A stretch of DNA of 64,000 nt from Dendrobates tinctorius (Eukaryota), in contig NW_027361819.1 in the NCBI RefSeq assembly GCF_039654945.1, positions 1,922,001 to 1,986,000 of the forward strand. Direction: 5' to 3'. This document shows positions 26,501 through 39,000 of this stretch, in pieces; the stretch's first letter is position 1; each line of letters opens with the position of its first letter. The notes beneath the pieces were generated by a model. It worked only from the letters and a program-made list of their open reading frames with translations, was not told where the DNA came from and ran no database searches. The position numbers were made by a program, and so were the translations under genes.

Positions 26501-29500
26501 TATTCTTGTACATAGGAGCAGTATTATAGTAGATATATTCTTGTACATAGGGGGCAGTATTATAGTAGTTATATTCTTGTATATAGGGAGCAGTATTATA
26601 GTAGTTATATTCTTGTATATAGGAGCAGTATTATAGTAGTTATATTCTTGTACATAAGGGCAGTATTATAGTAGTTATATTCTTGTACATAGGAGCAGTA
26701 TTATAGTAGTTATATTCTTGTACATAGGGGCAGTATTATAGAAGTTATATTCTTCTACATAGGGAGCAGTATTCTAGTAGTTATATTCTTGTACATAGGA
26801 GCAGTATTATAGTAGTTATATTCTTATACATAGGAGCAGTATTATAGTAGTTATATTCCTGTACATAGGGGGCAGTTATTATAGTAGTTATATTCTTGAA
26901 CATAGGGGGCAGTATTATAGTAGTTATATTCTTGTACATAGGAGCAGTATTATAGTAGTTATATTCTTGTACATAGGAGCAGTATTATAGTAGTTATATT
27001 CTTGTACATAGGGGGCAGAATTATAGTAGTTATATTCTTGTACATAGGGGGCAGTATTATAGTAGTTATATTCTTGTACATAGAGGGTAGAATTATAGTA
27101 GTTATATTCTTGTACATAGGGGGCAGTATTATAGTAGTTATATTCTTGTACATAGGAGCAGTATTATAGTAGTTTTATTCTTGTACATAGGGGGCAGAAT
27201 TATAGTAGTTATATTCTTGTACATAGGAGCAGTATTATAGTAGTTATATTCTTGTACATAGAGGGCAGAATTATAGTAGTTATATTCTTGTACATAGGGG
27301 GCAGTATTATAGTAGTTATATTCTTGTACATAGGTAGCAGTATTATAGTAGTTATATTCTTGTACATAGGGGGTAGTATTATAGTAGTTATATTCTTGTA
27401 CATAGGGGGCAGTATTATAGTAGTTATATTCTTGTGCATAGGAGCAGTATTATAGTGGTTATATTCTTGTACATAGGGGCAGTATTATAGTAGTTATATT
27501 CTTGTACATAGGGGGCAGTATTATAGTAGTTATATTCTTGTACATAGGGGCAGTATTATAGTAGTTATAGTCTTGTACATAGGGGCAGTATTATAGTAGT
27601 TATATTCTTGTACATAGGAGCAGTATTATAGTAGTTATATTCTTGTACATAGAGGGAGTATTATAGTAGTTATATTCTTGTACATAGGGGGCAGTATTAT
27701 AGCAATTATGCTCTTGAATAAGACATGCAACCGGCACAAAGATCTTCAACCAAAGGTCAGAGAAAATATTGATGTCCTACTAAAGTTGAATTTAGGGGCA
27801 GTATTATAGTAGTTATATTCTTGTACATAGGGGCAGTATTATAGTAGTTATATTCTTGTACATAGGGGGCAGTATTATAGTAGTTATATTCTTGTACATA
27901 GGGAGCAGTATTATAGTAGTTATATTCTTGTACATAGGGGACAGTATTATAGTAGTTATATTCTTGTACATAGGGGCAGTATTATAGTAGTTATATTCTT
28001 GTACATAGGGGCAGTATTATAGTAGTTATATTCATGTACATAGAGGGAGTATTATAGTAGTTATATTCTTGTACTTAGGGGGCAGTATTATAGTAGTTAT
28101 ATTCTTGTACATAGGAGGCAGTATTATAGTAGTTATATTCTTGTACATGGGGGCAGTGTTATAGTAGATATATTCTTGTACATAGGGGGCAGTATTATAG
28201 TAGTTATATTCTTGTACATAGGGAGCAGTGTTATAGTAGTTATATTCTTGTACATAGGGGCAGTATTATAGTAGATATATTCTTGTACATAGGGGCAGTA
28301 TTATAGTAGTTATATTCTTGCACATAGGGGCAGTATTATAGTAGTTATATTCTTGTACATAGGAGCAGTATTATAGTAGTTATATTCTTGTACATAGGGG
28401 GCAGTATTATAGTAGTTATATTCTTGTACATAGGGAGCAGTATTCTAGTAGTTATATTCTTGTACATAGGAGCAGTATTATAGTAGTTATATTCTTATAC
28501 ATAGGAGCAGTATTATAGTAGTTATATTCTTGTACATAGGGGGCAGTATTATAGCAGTTATATTCTTGAACATAGGGGGCAGTATTATAGTAGTTATATT
28601 CTTGTACATAGGAGCAGTATTATAGTAGTTATATACTTGTACATAGGGGGCAGTATTATAGTAGTTATATTCTTGTACATAGGAGCAGTATTATAGTAGT
28701 TATATTCTTGTACATAGGAGCAGTATTATAGTAGTTATATTCTTGTACATAGGAGCAGTATTATAGTAGTTATATTCTTGTACATAGGGGGCAGAATTAT
28801 AGTAGTTATATTCTTGTACATTGGGGGCAGTATTATAGTAGTTATATTCTTGTACATAGAGGGCAGAATTATAGTAGTTATATTCTTGTACATAGGGGGC
28901 AGTATTATAGTAGTTATATTCTTGTACATAGGAGCAGTATTATAGTAGTTATATTCTTGTACATAGGGGGCAGTATTATAGTAGTTATATTCTTGTACAT
29001 AGGGGCAGTATTATAGTAGTTATATTCTTGTACATAGGGGGCAGTATTATAGTAGTTATATTCTTGAACACAGGAGCAGTATTATAGTAGTTATAATCTT
29101 GTACATAGGAGCAGTAGTATAGTAGTTATATTCTTGTACATAGGGGGCAGTATTATAGTAGTTATATTCTTGTACATAGGGGGCAGTATTATAGTAGTTA
29201 TATTCTTGTACATAGGAGCAGTATTATAGCGGTTATATTCTTGTACATAGGGGCAGTATTATAGTAGTTATATTCTTGTACATACTGTAGGAGTAGTATT
29301 ATAGTAGTTATATTCTTGTACATAGGAGCAGTATTATAGTGGTTATATTCTTGTACATAGGGGCAGTATTATAGTAGTTATATTCTTGTACATAGGAGCA
29401 GTATTATAGTAGTTATATTCTTGTACATAGAGGGAGTATTATAGTAGTTATATTCTTGTACATAGGGGGCAGTATTATAGTAATTATGCTCTTGCACATA

Positions 29501-32500
29501 GGGGCAGTATTATAGTAGTTATATTCTTGTACATAGGGGGCAGTATTATAGTAGTTATATTCTTGTACATAGGGGCAGTATTATAGTAGTTATATTCTTG
29601 TACATAGGGGGCAGTATTATAGTAGTTATATTCTTGAACACAGGAGCAGTATTATAGTAGTTATATTCTTGTACATAGGGGCAGTATTATAGTAGTTATA
29701 TTCTTGTACATAGGAGCAGTAGTATAGTAGTTATATTCTTGTACATAGGGGGCAGTATTATAGTAGTTATATTCTTGTACATAGGGGGCAGTATTATAGT
29801 AGTTATATTCTTGTACATAGGAGCAGTATTATAGCGGTTATATTCTTGTACATAGGGGCAGTATTATAGTAGTTATATTCTTGTACATAGGAGTAGTATT
29901 ATAGTAGTTATATTCTTGTACATAGGAGCAGTATTATAGTGATTATATTCTTGTACATAGGGGCAGTATTATAGTAGTTATATTCTTGTACATAGGAGCA
30001 GTATTATAGTAGTTATATTCTTGTACATAGAGGGAGTATTGTAGTAGTTATATTCTTGTACATAGGAGCAGTATTATAGTAGTTATATTCTTGTACATAG
30101 GGGCAGTATTATAGTAGTTATATTCTTGTACATAGGGGGCAGTATTATAGTAGTTATATTCTTGTACATAGGAGCAGTATTATAGTAGTTATATTCTTGT
30201 ACATAGGAGCAGTAATATAGTAGTTATATTCTTGTACATAGGGGGGCAGTATTATAGTAGTTATATTCTTGTACATTGGGGGCAGTATTATAGTAGTTAT
30301 ATTCTTGTACATAGAGGGCAGAATTATAGTAGTTATATTCTTGTACATAGGGGGCAGTATTATAGTAGTTATATTCTTGTACATAGGAGCAGTATTATAG
30401 TAGTTATATTCTTGTACATAGGGGGCAGTATTATAGTAGTTATATTCTTGTACATAGGGGCAGTATTATAGTAGTTATATTCTTGTACATAGGAGCAGTA
30501 GTATAGTAGTTATATTCTTGTACATAGGGGGGAGTATTATAGTAGTTATATTCTTGTACATAGGGGGCAGTATTATAGTAGTTATATTCTTGTACATAGG
30601 AGCAGTATTATAGCGGTTATATTCTTGTACATAGGGGCAGTATTATAGTAGTTATATTCTTGTACATACTGTAGGAGTAGTATTATAGTAGTTATATTCT
30701 TGTACATAGGAGCAGTATTATAGTGGTTATATTCTTGTACATAGGGGCAGTATTATAGTAGTTATATTCTTGTACATAGGAGCAGTATTATAGTAGTTAT
30801 ATTCTTGTACATAGAGGGAGTATTATAGTAGTTATATTCTTGTACATAGGGGGCAGTATTATAGTAATTATGCTCTTGCACATAGGGGCAGTATTATAGT
30901 AGTTATATTCTTGTACATAGGGGGCAGTATTATAGTAGTTATATTCTTGTACATAGGGGCAGTATTATAGTAGTTATATTCTTGTACATAGGGGGCAGTA
31001 TTATAGTAGTTATATTCTTGAACACAGGAGCAGTATTATAGTAGTTATATTCTTGTACATAGGGGCAGTATTATAGTAGTTATATTCTTGTACATAGGAG
31101 CAGTAGTATAGTAGTTATATTCTTGTACATAGGGGGCAGTATTATAGTAGTTATATTCTTGTACATAGGGGGCAGTATTATAGTAGTTATATTCTTGTAC
31201 ATAGGAGCAGTATTATAGCGGTTATATTCTTGTACATAGGGGCAGTATTATAGTAGTTATATTCTTGTACATAGGAGTAGTATTATAGTAGTTATATTCT
31301 TGTACATAGGAGCAGTATTATAGTGATTATATTCTTGTACATAGGGGCAGTATTATAGTAGTTATATTCTTGTACATAGGAGCAGTATTATAGTAGTTAT
31401 ATTCTTGTACATAGAGGGAGTATTGTAGTAGTTATATTCTTGTACATAGGAGCAGTATTATAGTAGTTATATTCTTGTACATAGGGGCAGTATTATAGTA
31501 GTTATATTCTTGTACATAGGGGGCAGTATTATAGTAGTTATATTCTTGTACATAGGAGCAGTATTATAGTAGTTATATTCTTGTACATAGGAGCAGTAAT
31601 ATAGTAGTTATATTCTTGTACATAGGGGGGCAGTATTATAGTAGTTATATTCTTGTACATAGGGGGCAGTATTATAGTAGTTATATTCTTGTACATAGGA
31701 GCAGTATTATAGTAGTTATATTCTTGTACATAGGAGCAGTAGTATAGTAGTTATATTCTTGTACATAGGTGGCAGTATTATAGTAGTTATATTCTTGTAC
31801 ATAGGGGGCAGTATTATAGTAGTTATATTCTTGTACATAGGGGCAGTATTATAGTAGTTATATTCTTGTGCATAGGAGCAGTATTATAGCAGTTATATTC
31901 TTGTACATAGGGGCAGTATTATAGTAGTTATATTCTTGTACATAGGGGGGCAGTATTATAGTAGTTATATTCTTGTACATAGGGGCAGTATTATAGTAGT
32001 TATATTCTTGTACATAGGGGGCAGTATTATAGTAGTTATATTCTTGTATATAGGGGCAGTATTATAGTAGTTATATTCTTGCACATAGGAGCAGTATTAT
32101 AGTAGTTATATTCTTGTACACAGGGGCAGTATTATAGTAGTTATATTCTTGTACATAGGGGGCAGTATTATAGTAGTTATATTCTTGTACACAGGGGCAG
32201 TATTATAGTAGTTATATTCTTGTATATAGGGGGCAGTATTATAGTAGTTATATTCTTGTATATAGGGGCAGTATTATAGTAGTTATATTCTTGTACATAG
32301 GGGGCAGTATTATAGTAGTTATATTCTTGTACACAGGGGCAGTATTATAGTAGTTATATTCTTGTATATAGGAGCAGTATTATAGTAGTTATATTCTTGT
32401 ACATAGGAGCAGTATTATAGTAGTTATATTCTTGTACATAGGAGGCAGTATTATAGCAGTTATATTCTTGTACATAGGGGCAGTATTATAGTAGTTATAT

Positions 32501-32523
32501 TCTTGTGCATAGGAGCAGTATTA
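23595..32523. repeat. 35/36-bp minisatellite (gggggcagtattatagtagttatattcttgtacata)n, ~9 kb
   Basis: Tandem periodicity, interrupted at 27716-27793 by a copy of its left flank. Confidence 0.98.
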
Positions 32524-33025
32524 AAATTTTTTTGCAGATTTAGAAGTTTCTTGTTCTGCAGAGAGCTCTCATTTTAAGGAAGAGCATGAGGGAAGATGTA
32601 CTATGAAAGTAACACTTTACCAAAACTGAAATTACTACATTTTCTGTTGAGTCCTAACTAATATTGAGATATTACATGACGTTTACAACCTGCAAAGTGC
32701 ATAAACTCCTGTATGAATTGCGTCTGGGAATGATTACTCGCTTTGTGTTCGGCACTTCCCTCTGGGTTGACTTTATATGGGCTGGATGGGAAATGACAGG
32801 TTCTACTGATTCCTTATTAAAAAACTAAATGTGACAATTTACAAATAAATTGCTGAATTAAATCCTTTCACCTCTAGATGGCAGTCTTTGCTCTGTTATT
32901 AATGAACGCTTAAAAAACACAGCACTCCGAGTGGTAAAATATGGTATAACAAGTAAAATTCCTATAAAAAAAAAATAGAGGTTATGTGGTGATTTTTTTT
33001 TCTGTTCTTTTGAATACAGGTCAGC

Positions 33026-36000
33026 ATGATGGACACATTCAGTGTGATGTACTTTGCTGCTGTTGTTCTCCCCATAGTTCTCATCACAGGCCTGTGGATC
33101 AGCTGTCATAGAAAGATACCAAGTAAGTGATGGAATTCTCAGTTTTAATATATGTCATGGTGAATATGAAAGATGTTGTAGAAGTTTGAACTTTAATTTT
33201 TTTTCTAAAAAAAAAAACAAAAAAAACTTTTCTGCTTTCTCTCTCAGTTCACATTACACAGACAGAGTACTGCGATAACAAGTAAGTTATTCCATTTGTG
33301 TAAATGTATCAAATCGGCAGCGCTATCTACGGTATATGCCATTTAAATAGATTCTATTATAATAACAGCGCCACCTATAGGACATAAACATATAAAGACT
33401 CCATCAGGAAGGTCCAGTAATGAAACACCGCCACCTGTAGGTCATAAAGATGTATAGAGTACATCAGGAAGTGTGGACACAGCACCATCAACAGGCAGAT
33501 TCCATCAGGAAGCATAAAAACAACGCCACCTACATGACATAAAGATATATATAAACCATCAGAAACTACCGTAAAGGTCTATAGAGTCAGTCGACTAGGC
33601 AGTATGGAAATGCCACCACCTACAGGTCATAAGTAGATAGACTCCAGTTGGGCAAAAATTATCATGTTTCTCCTTTCCATCTGTGGTTGTATTTAGAGCC
33701 TACTGTACGTAGGCATGACCACCTAAAGTACATTTTTGGGGGGAGAATCGATGTGCAGTACTATGTACATTACCCGGAATGCTCTTTTTTACTCTCATTT
33801 TCCTGTATCGTAGGACTCATTATACTCCACCTTCATCAAGTTTTATGATTATGAATAGACCACCAGGTAAGGCCTGACGTCAGATTCCCACATCTGTCTG
33901 ATCACCTGCCATGTGTTCTGCACGGAGACAGAACATTCTTTGTGATGTACCAGAGTTGGCCTGCCTGCTCTAACCCCACATTTCCATAAACACCTAAATA
34001 TTGATTGTATCTGAGGATCAGCCCAAGAACAACACTGTTTAGACCATAGGACATGTTCCTCAGCTGCTGAGAACTAACCACCATATCCTCTGTCTCCATA
34101 GTTCATCTGCGATCAGTCTCCTCTCAGGGCACCATGTGCCACCAGGACATCTTGCTCACCATTCCGTACGTATCTGTCATCTCCATATCCTCGATGTTGA
34201 CCTTCTCCTCTGCACCTATCTTCACTCAGTAGGGTATATACATCAATAGATTGTAAGTTCTGATGGTTTCCAGGTCAGTGTGAACAGGCACACATTAGAA
34301 AGTTGACATGGTGAGGCCTCGTTGTTTTCGTAGACTTTTGAAAGTAATTCAGAGGTCGGGATTTCTTACACTTCCTCATATCATGGCCGGACCACAGATT
34401 TATAGCTTCTTGAGGGTTCTTGATGAGAAGGAAGTGTGTTATTTTCAAGTTCACCTGATGCGCAGACGACACTGAGATAAAGGGCTCATACATGTGAACT
34501 AAGACCCTTTGAACATCTGTCTCCACAGGAAGTCACCAATCTGTGAGAGCCGTAGAAGTTCGGTGGGAAGAGAAATTCAAGGTAGGTTCTAAAGCTCATC
34601 TCATTTGGAGCATGTGAGGCAGGCACCAGATGTATATGCCCCGTGGTGGTGATAATGTGGGTCTGATGGCATTGATGGATATGGATACTTTCACCTGTTT
34701 GCCAAAATTTGGTGACTTCCATATCTTTTGTAGGAACCTGTTGTATAGGGTCTACATCCTGAGCATTGGTTGTGAGGATCTACTATACTCTAGACCTTCT
34801 TTCGAATCATCTATTCAACCTCTGATACAGGTTTTGTCTACTTGTCTTCCACCCACTGTATTAAGTTCATTCATATCCAGCCTCATTTCAGAGACATGTA
34901 CTGTGGGACAACCAGTAGACAAGTCTCTATGTATATGGAGATCTTTACCTCTGCGGATAGTCTCACATCTTCATCACATTTCTTAAACTTCCTTTATCAT
35001 TTTACTGAGTTGTCAAAGTCTTTTCTTGATTCCTTTTTCTTCTGCTCTCAGGTTACCCTGATGGATTCGACTCCATCCCACCCGCAGCAAGTACGTGACC
35101 GCTATAATCTTATGTATCAAGCACAAGTTTAACTCTCCATATGGCACTCATGATACCCAAGGACCATAAATTTGGTCCGTCCTAAAGTCACCTATGATGG
35201 TAGAACCATCTACTAGGATTGTTGTTGAGTTGATGTATTTCCTAGTTCCCCATATTTGGTTATGACTTTTGTACAGGGGCCATCTTGATTTAATTGGGGA
35301 CATATGAGGTGGTCATCAGAGAATCTTGGCCAGGTTCTTCATGAATGAGGCCTCCTAAGACTTTGTTTAAAGTGGAAAAACCATTTAAGTCAAGTGGCAG
35401 CGACAACTGTGTCCTTTCTGTAGGTGCTTCTCTCTTAAAAAGGAAAAGTATAGAAGTAGATGATTATGACGATGAAGGAGAAGACCCAAACGACTCCAGT
35501 GACAACCAGGCTTACGGATACATGTAAGGAGGCTTGATATCCAGTAGATGACAGCGTATGGATACTTGGTGCCTGCCGTCATGTCACATATTGTAATGAA
35601 ATGCTGAATGGAACATAAGAAGATGGTGGAGAATGGCTGACAGTATGAGAGAGCTGACATTTGCTACACCTTTTATCGCTGACGTATACTTGGCACACGA
35701 TCCAAACCTCCATATTATATACACAGTGCACCATCCATGTCCTTACACAAATGCACAATGATCCATCCAAGCTTTCACACCCATGCATAGTGCACCGTCC
35801 AGACATTCATACATGAAAGACACAGAGCCCAAATTTTTATTTTTTTATTCCAAGACTATTCATCCATCCCACCACTTTGACAAATGTACAGAGCCCTAGA
35901 TGTAGGTTTCCTTCACCATTGTTACACCTTCACTCACTCTTCCTTATACTAATGCCCTACACTTTATACCCATCCAGTGAAGTTCTACCAGACGAAGGGG

Positions 36001-39000
36001 CCACTAATCTTGGACCGGTGCTGGTAGTTACATGCGATGTGGACAACAGAGCGAGCCTCTCCTCAGGTAGGAGAAAGATCTGTCATCTGTGAGGGAGAAA
36101 GGTTTGGACCAAACCATTTCTGAGGCCTCTGATAATACCTCGTTTTTGTTTCGCAGTGGGCACCGATGAAAATTATGTAAATGTCGGCAATTCCGATGAC
36201 GCAAAGGGTAAGAGGAATGTTAATAACGGCATTTCTTCAAGATGTGGACTGAAATTAACACTTTATTTAAAATGTCGAAAAGTGGTTTGGAAAGTTTAGA
36301 CCTCCTTCACCTGGTGATAGGCACAGAACCATGACTACCAGAGATGATCGGCTGCTGATCTTGTTCTTGCTTCTATGGACTTATCTTGTAATAATTTCTA
36401 TTATTCTGTTTTCAGCACCTTCCATCGATGGCAACTACGTTAACGTCGGAGACGCGAATGATATAAAGGGTATTTATATTATAGATATGCGGCAGGAAAG
36501 GCAATTTTGGGAGAAGAGGTCACACAGATGGGGAAAAGGCCAGGAGAATTAAGCGTGAGGGATGATTAAAGCATTGGTTGAAATTTCATGGTGTTGATTA
36601 TTGAGGAGGAGTCTGTGGAGACTGATGACGGATAAGATTTAAAAAATAATCAGGAATGGAAGAGAAGGTTGAATAGACAAGTCAAGATCAGGCATGGAAG
36701 AGGAGGTTGGATAGACTGGTGAAGAATATGGCGAATGGAAGAGTGGAGATATGCTACTACGGTCAAGGTCAGTTGTGGTAAAGAAGTGTAGAGTGGTCAA
36801 AGAACTATTAATGAGGAGGAGGTTGGATAGATTGGTCAACGATTTATTATGGAAGAAGAGGTTAGAGGATTGTGTATGGAAGAGGAAAATGGATAGATTG
36901 ATCAAGGATCACACGTGGAAGAGGTGGATTGGTGAAAGATCAGACATGGAGGAGGATGTTAGATAGAAAGTCTAAGGATCATATATGGAAGATGACATTA
37001 GATAAATCATTCAGTGTCAGATATGGAAAAGGAGGTTTGATAGACTGGTAAAAATTAGGCGTGAAAGAGTGGAAATATCTCGTTATGGTCAAGGTTAAGT
37101 ATGGAAGATTAGATTAAATGCAGAGGTCAAGGATCAGTTCTTGAAGAGTGGGTTTGATAGATTGATCAAGGATCAGGAACTGCTATATAAACAATTCGCA
37201 GCAATAAACCAGTACCAGCATATAATAAATCCAATCATTCAGCATAGAGTCATATAAGATATTATGGCTCTGTGGACCAGAGGGGTTAGTTCAGGGTCAT
37301 TTGTTTTCCTCATCTATTCTTCATTACAGCACCTTGTTCCACTTTATTTGGTCCACAGAGCCATAATATCTTATATGACTCTATGCTGAATGATTGGATT
37401 TATTATATGCTGGTACTGGTTTATTGCTACAAATTGTCAAGGTCAGGTGTGAAAGATGAGTTTATATAGACTTTTCAAGGTTCCGGTATGGAAGGAGAGG
37501 TTGAATAGACCAGCCAAGGTCGGGTGTAGACGAGGAGGTTATATATGCTATTCAAGGTCAGGTGTGGACGAGGAGGTTATATAGGCTATTCAAGATCAAG
37601 TGTGGACGAGGAGGTTATATAGGCTATTCAGGGTCAGGTGTGGACGAGGAGGTTATATAGGCTATCCAAGGTCAGGTGTGGACGAGGAGGTTCTATAGGC
37701 TATTCAAGGTCAGGTGTGGACGAGGAGGTTTTATAGGCTATTCATGGTCAGATGTGTACGAGGAGGTTATATAGGCTATTCATGGTCAGGTGTGGACGAG
37801 GAGATTATATAGGCTATTCATGGTCAGGTGTGAATGAGGAGGTTATATAGGCTATTCATGGTCAGGTGTGAATGAGGAGGTTATATATGCTATTCATGGT
37901 CAGGTGTGAATGAGGAGGTTATATAGGCTATTCATGGTCAGGTGTGAATGAGGAGGTTATATAGGCTATTCATGGTCAGGTGTGGACGAGGAGATTATAT
38001 AGGCTATTCATGGTCAGGTGTGGACGAGGAGATTATATAGGCTATTCATGGTCAGGTGTGGACGAGGAGATTATATAGGCTATTCATGGTCAGGTGTGGA
38101 CGAGGAGATTATATAGGCTATTCATGGTCAGGTGTGAATGAGGAGGTTATATAGGCTATTCATGGTCAGGTGTGGACGAGGAGGTTATATAGGCTATTCA
38201 AGGTCAGTTGTGGACGAGGAGGTTATATAGGCTATTCAAGGTCAGGTGTGGACGAGGAGGTTATATAGGCTATTCATGGTCAGGTGTGAATGAGGAGGTT
38301 ATATAGGCTATTCAAGGTCAGTTGTGGACGAGGAGGTTATATAGGCTATTCAAGGTCAGGTGTGGACGAGGAGGTTATATAGGCTATTCAAGATCAGTTG
38401 TGGACGAGGAGATTATATAGGCTATTCATGGTCAGGTGTGGACGAGGAGATTATATAGGCTATTCAAGTTCAGTTGTGGACGAGGAGGTTATATAGGCTA
38501 TTCAAGGTCAGGTGTGAATGAGGAGATTATATAGGCTATTCAAGGTCAGGTGTGGACGAGGAGGTTATATAGGCTATTCATGGTCAGGTGTGAATGAGGA
38601 GGTTATATAGGCTATTCAAGGTCAGTTGTGGACGAGGAGGTTATATAGGCTATTCAAGGTCAGGTGTGGACGAGGAGGTTATATAGGCTATTCAAGATCA
38701 GTTGTGGACGAGGAGATTATATAGGCTATTCATGGTCAGGTGTGGACGAGGAGATTATATAGGCTATTCAAGTTCAGTTGTGGACGAGGAGGTTATATAG
38801 GCTATTCAAGGTCAGGTGTGGACGAGGAGGTTATATAGGCTATTCATGGTCAGGTGTGGACGAGGAGGTTATATAGGCTATTCAAGATCAGTTGTGGACG
38901 AGGAGATTATATAGGCTATTCATGGTCAGGTGTGGACGAGGAGATTATATAGGCTATTCAAGTTCAGTTGTGGACGAGGAGGTTATATAGGCTATTCAAG

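Noticed and set aside
23870-30471. MYKNITTIILPP-repeat ORFs
   Set aside because: Translations of the 35/36-bp minisatellite, repeatedly frameshifted by 35-bp units.
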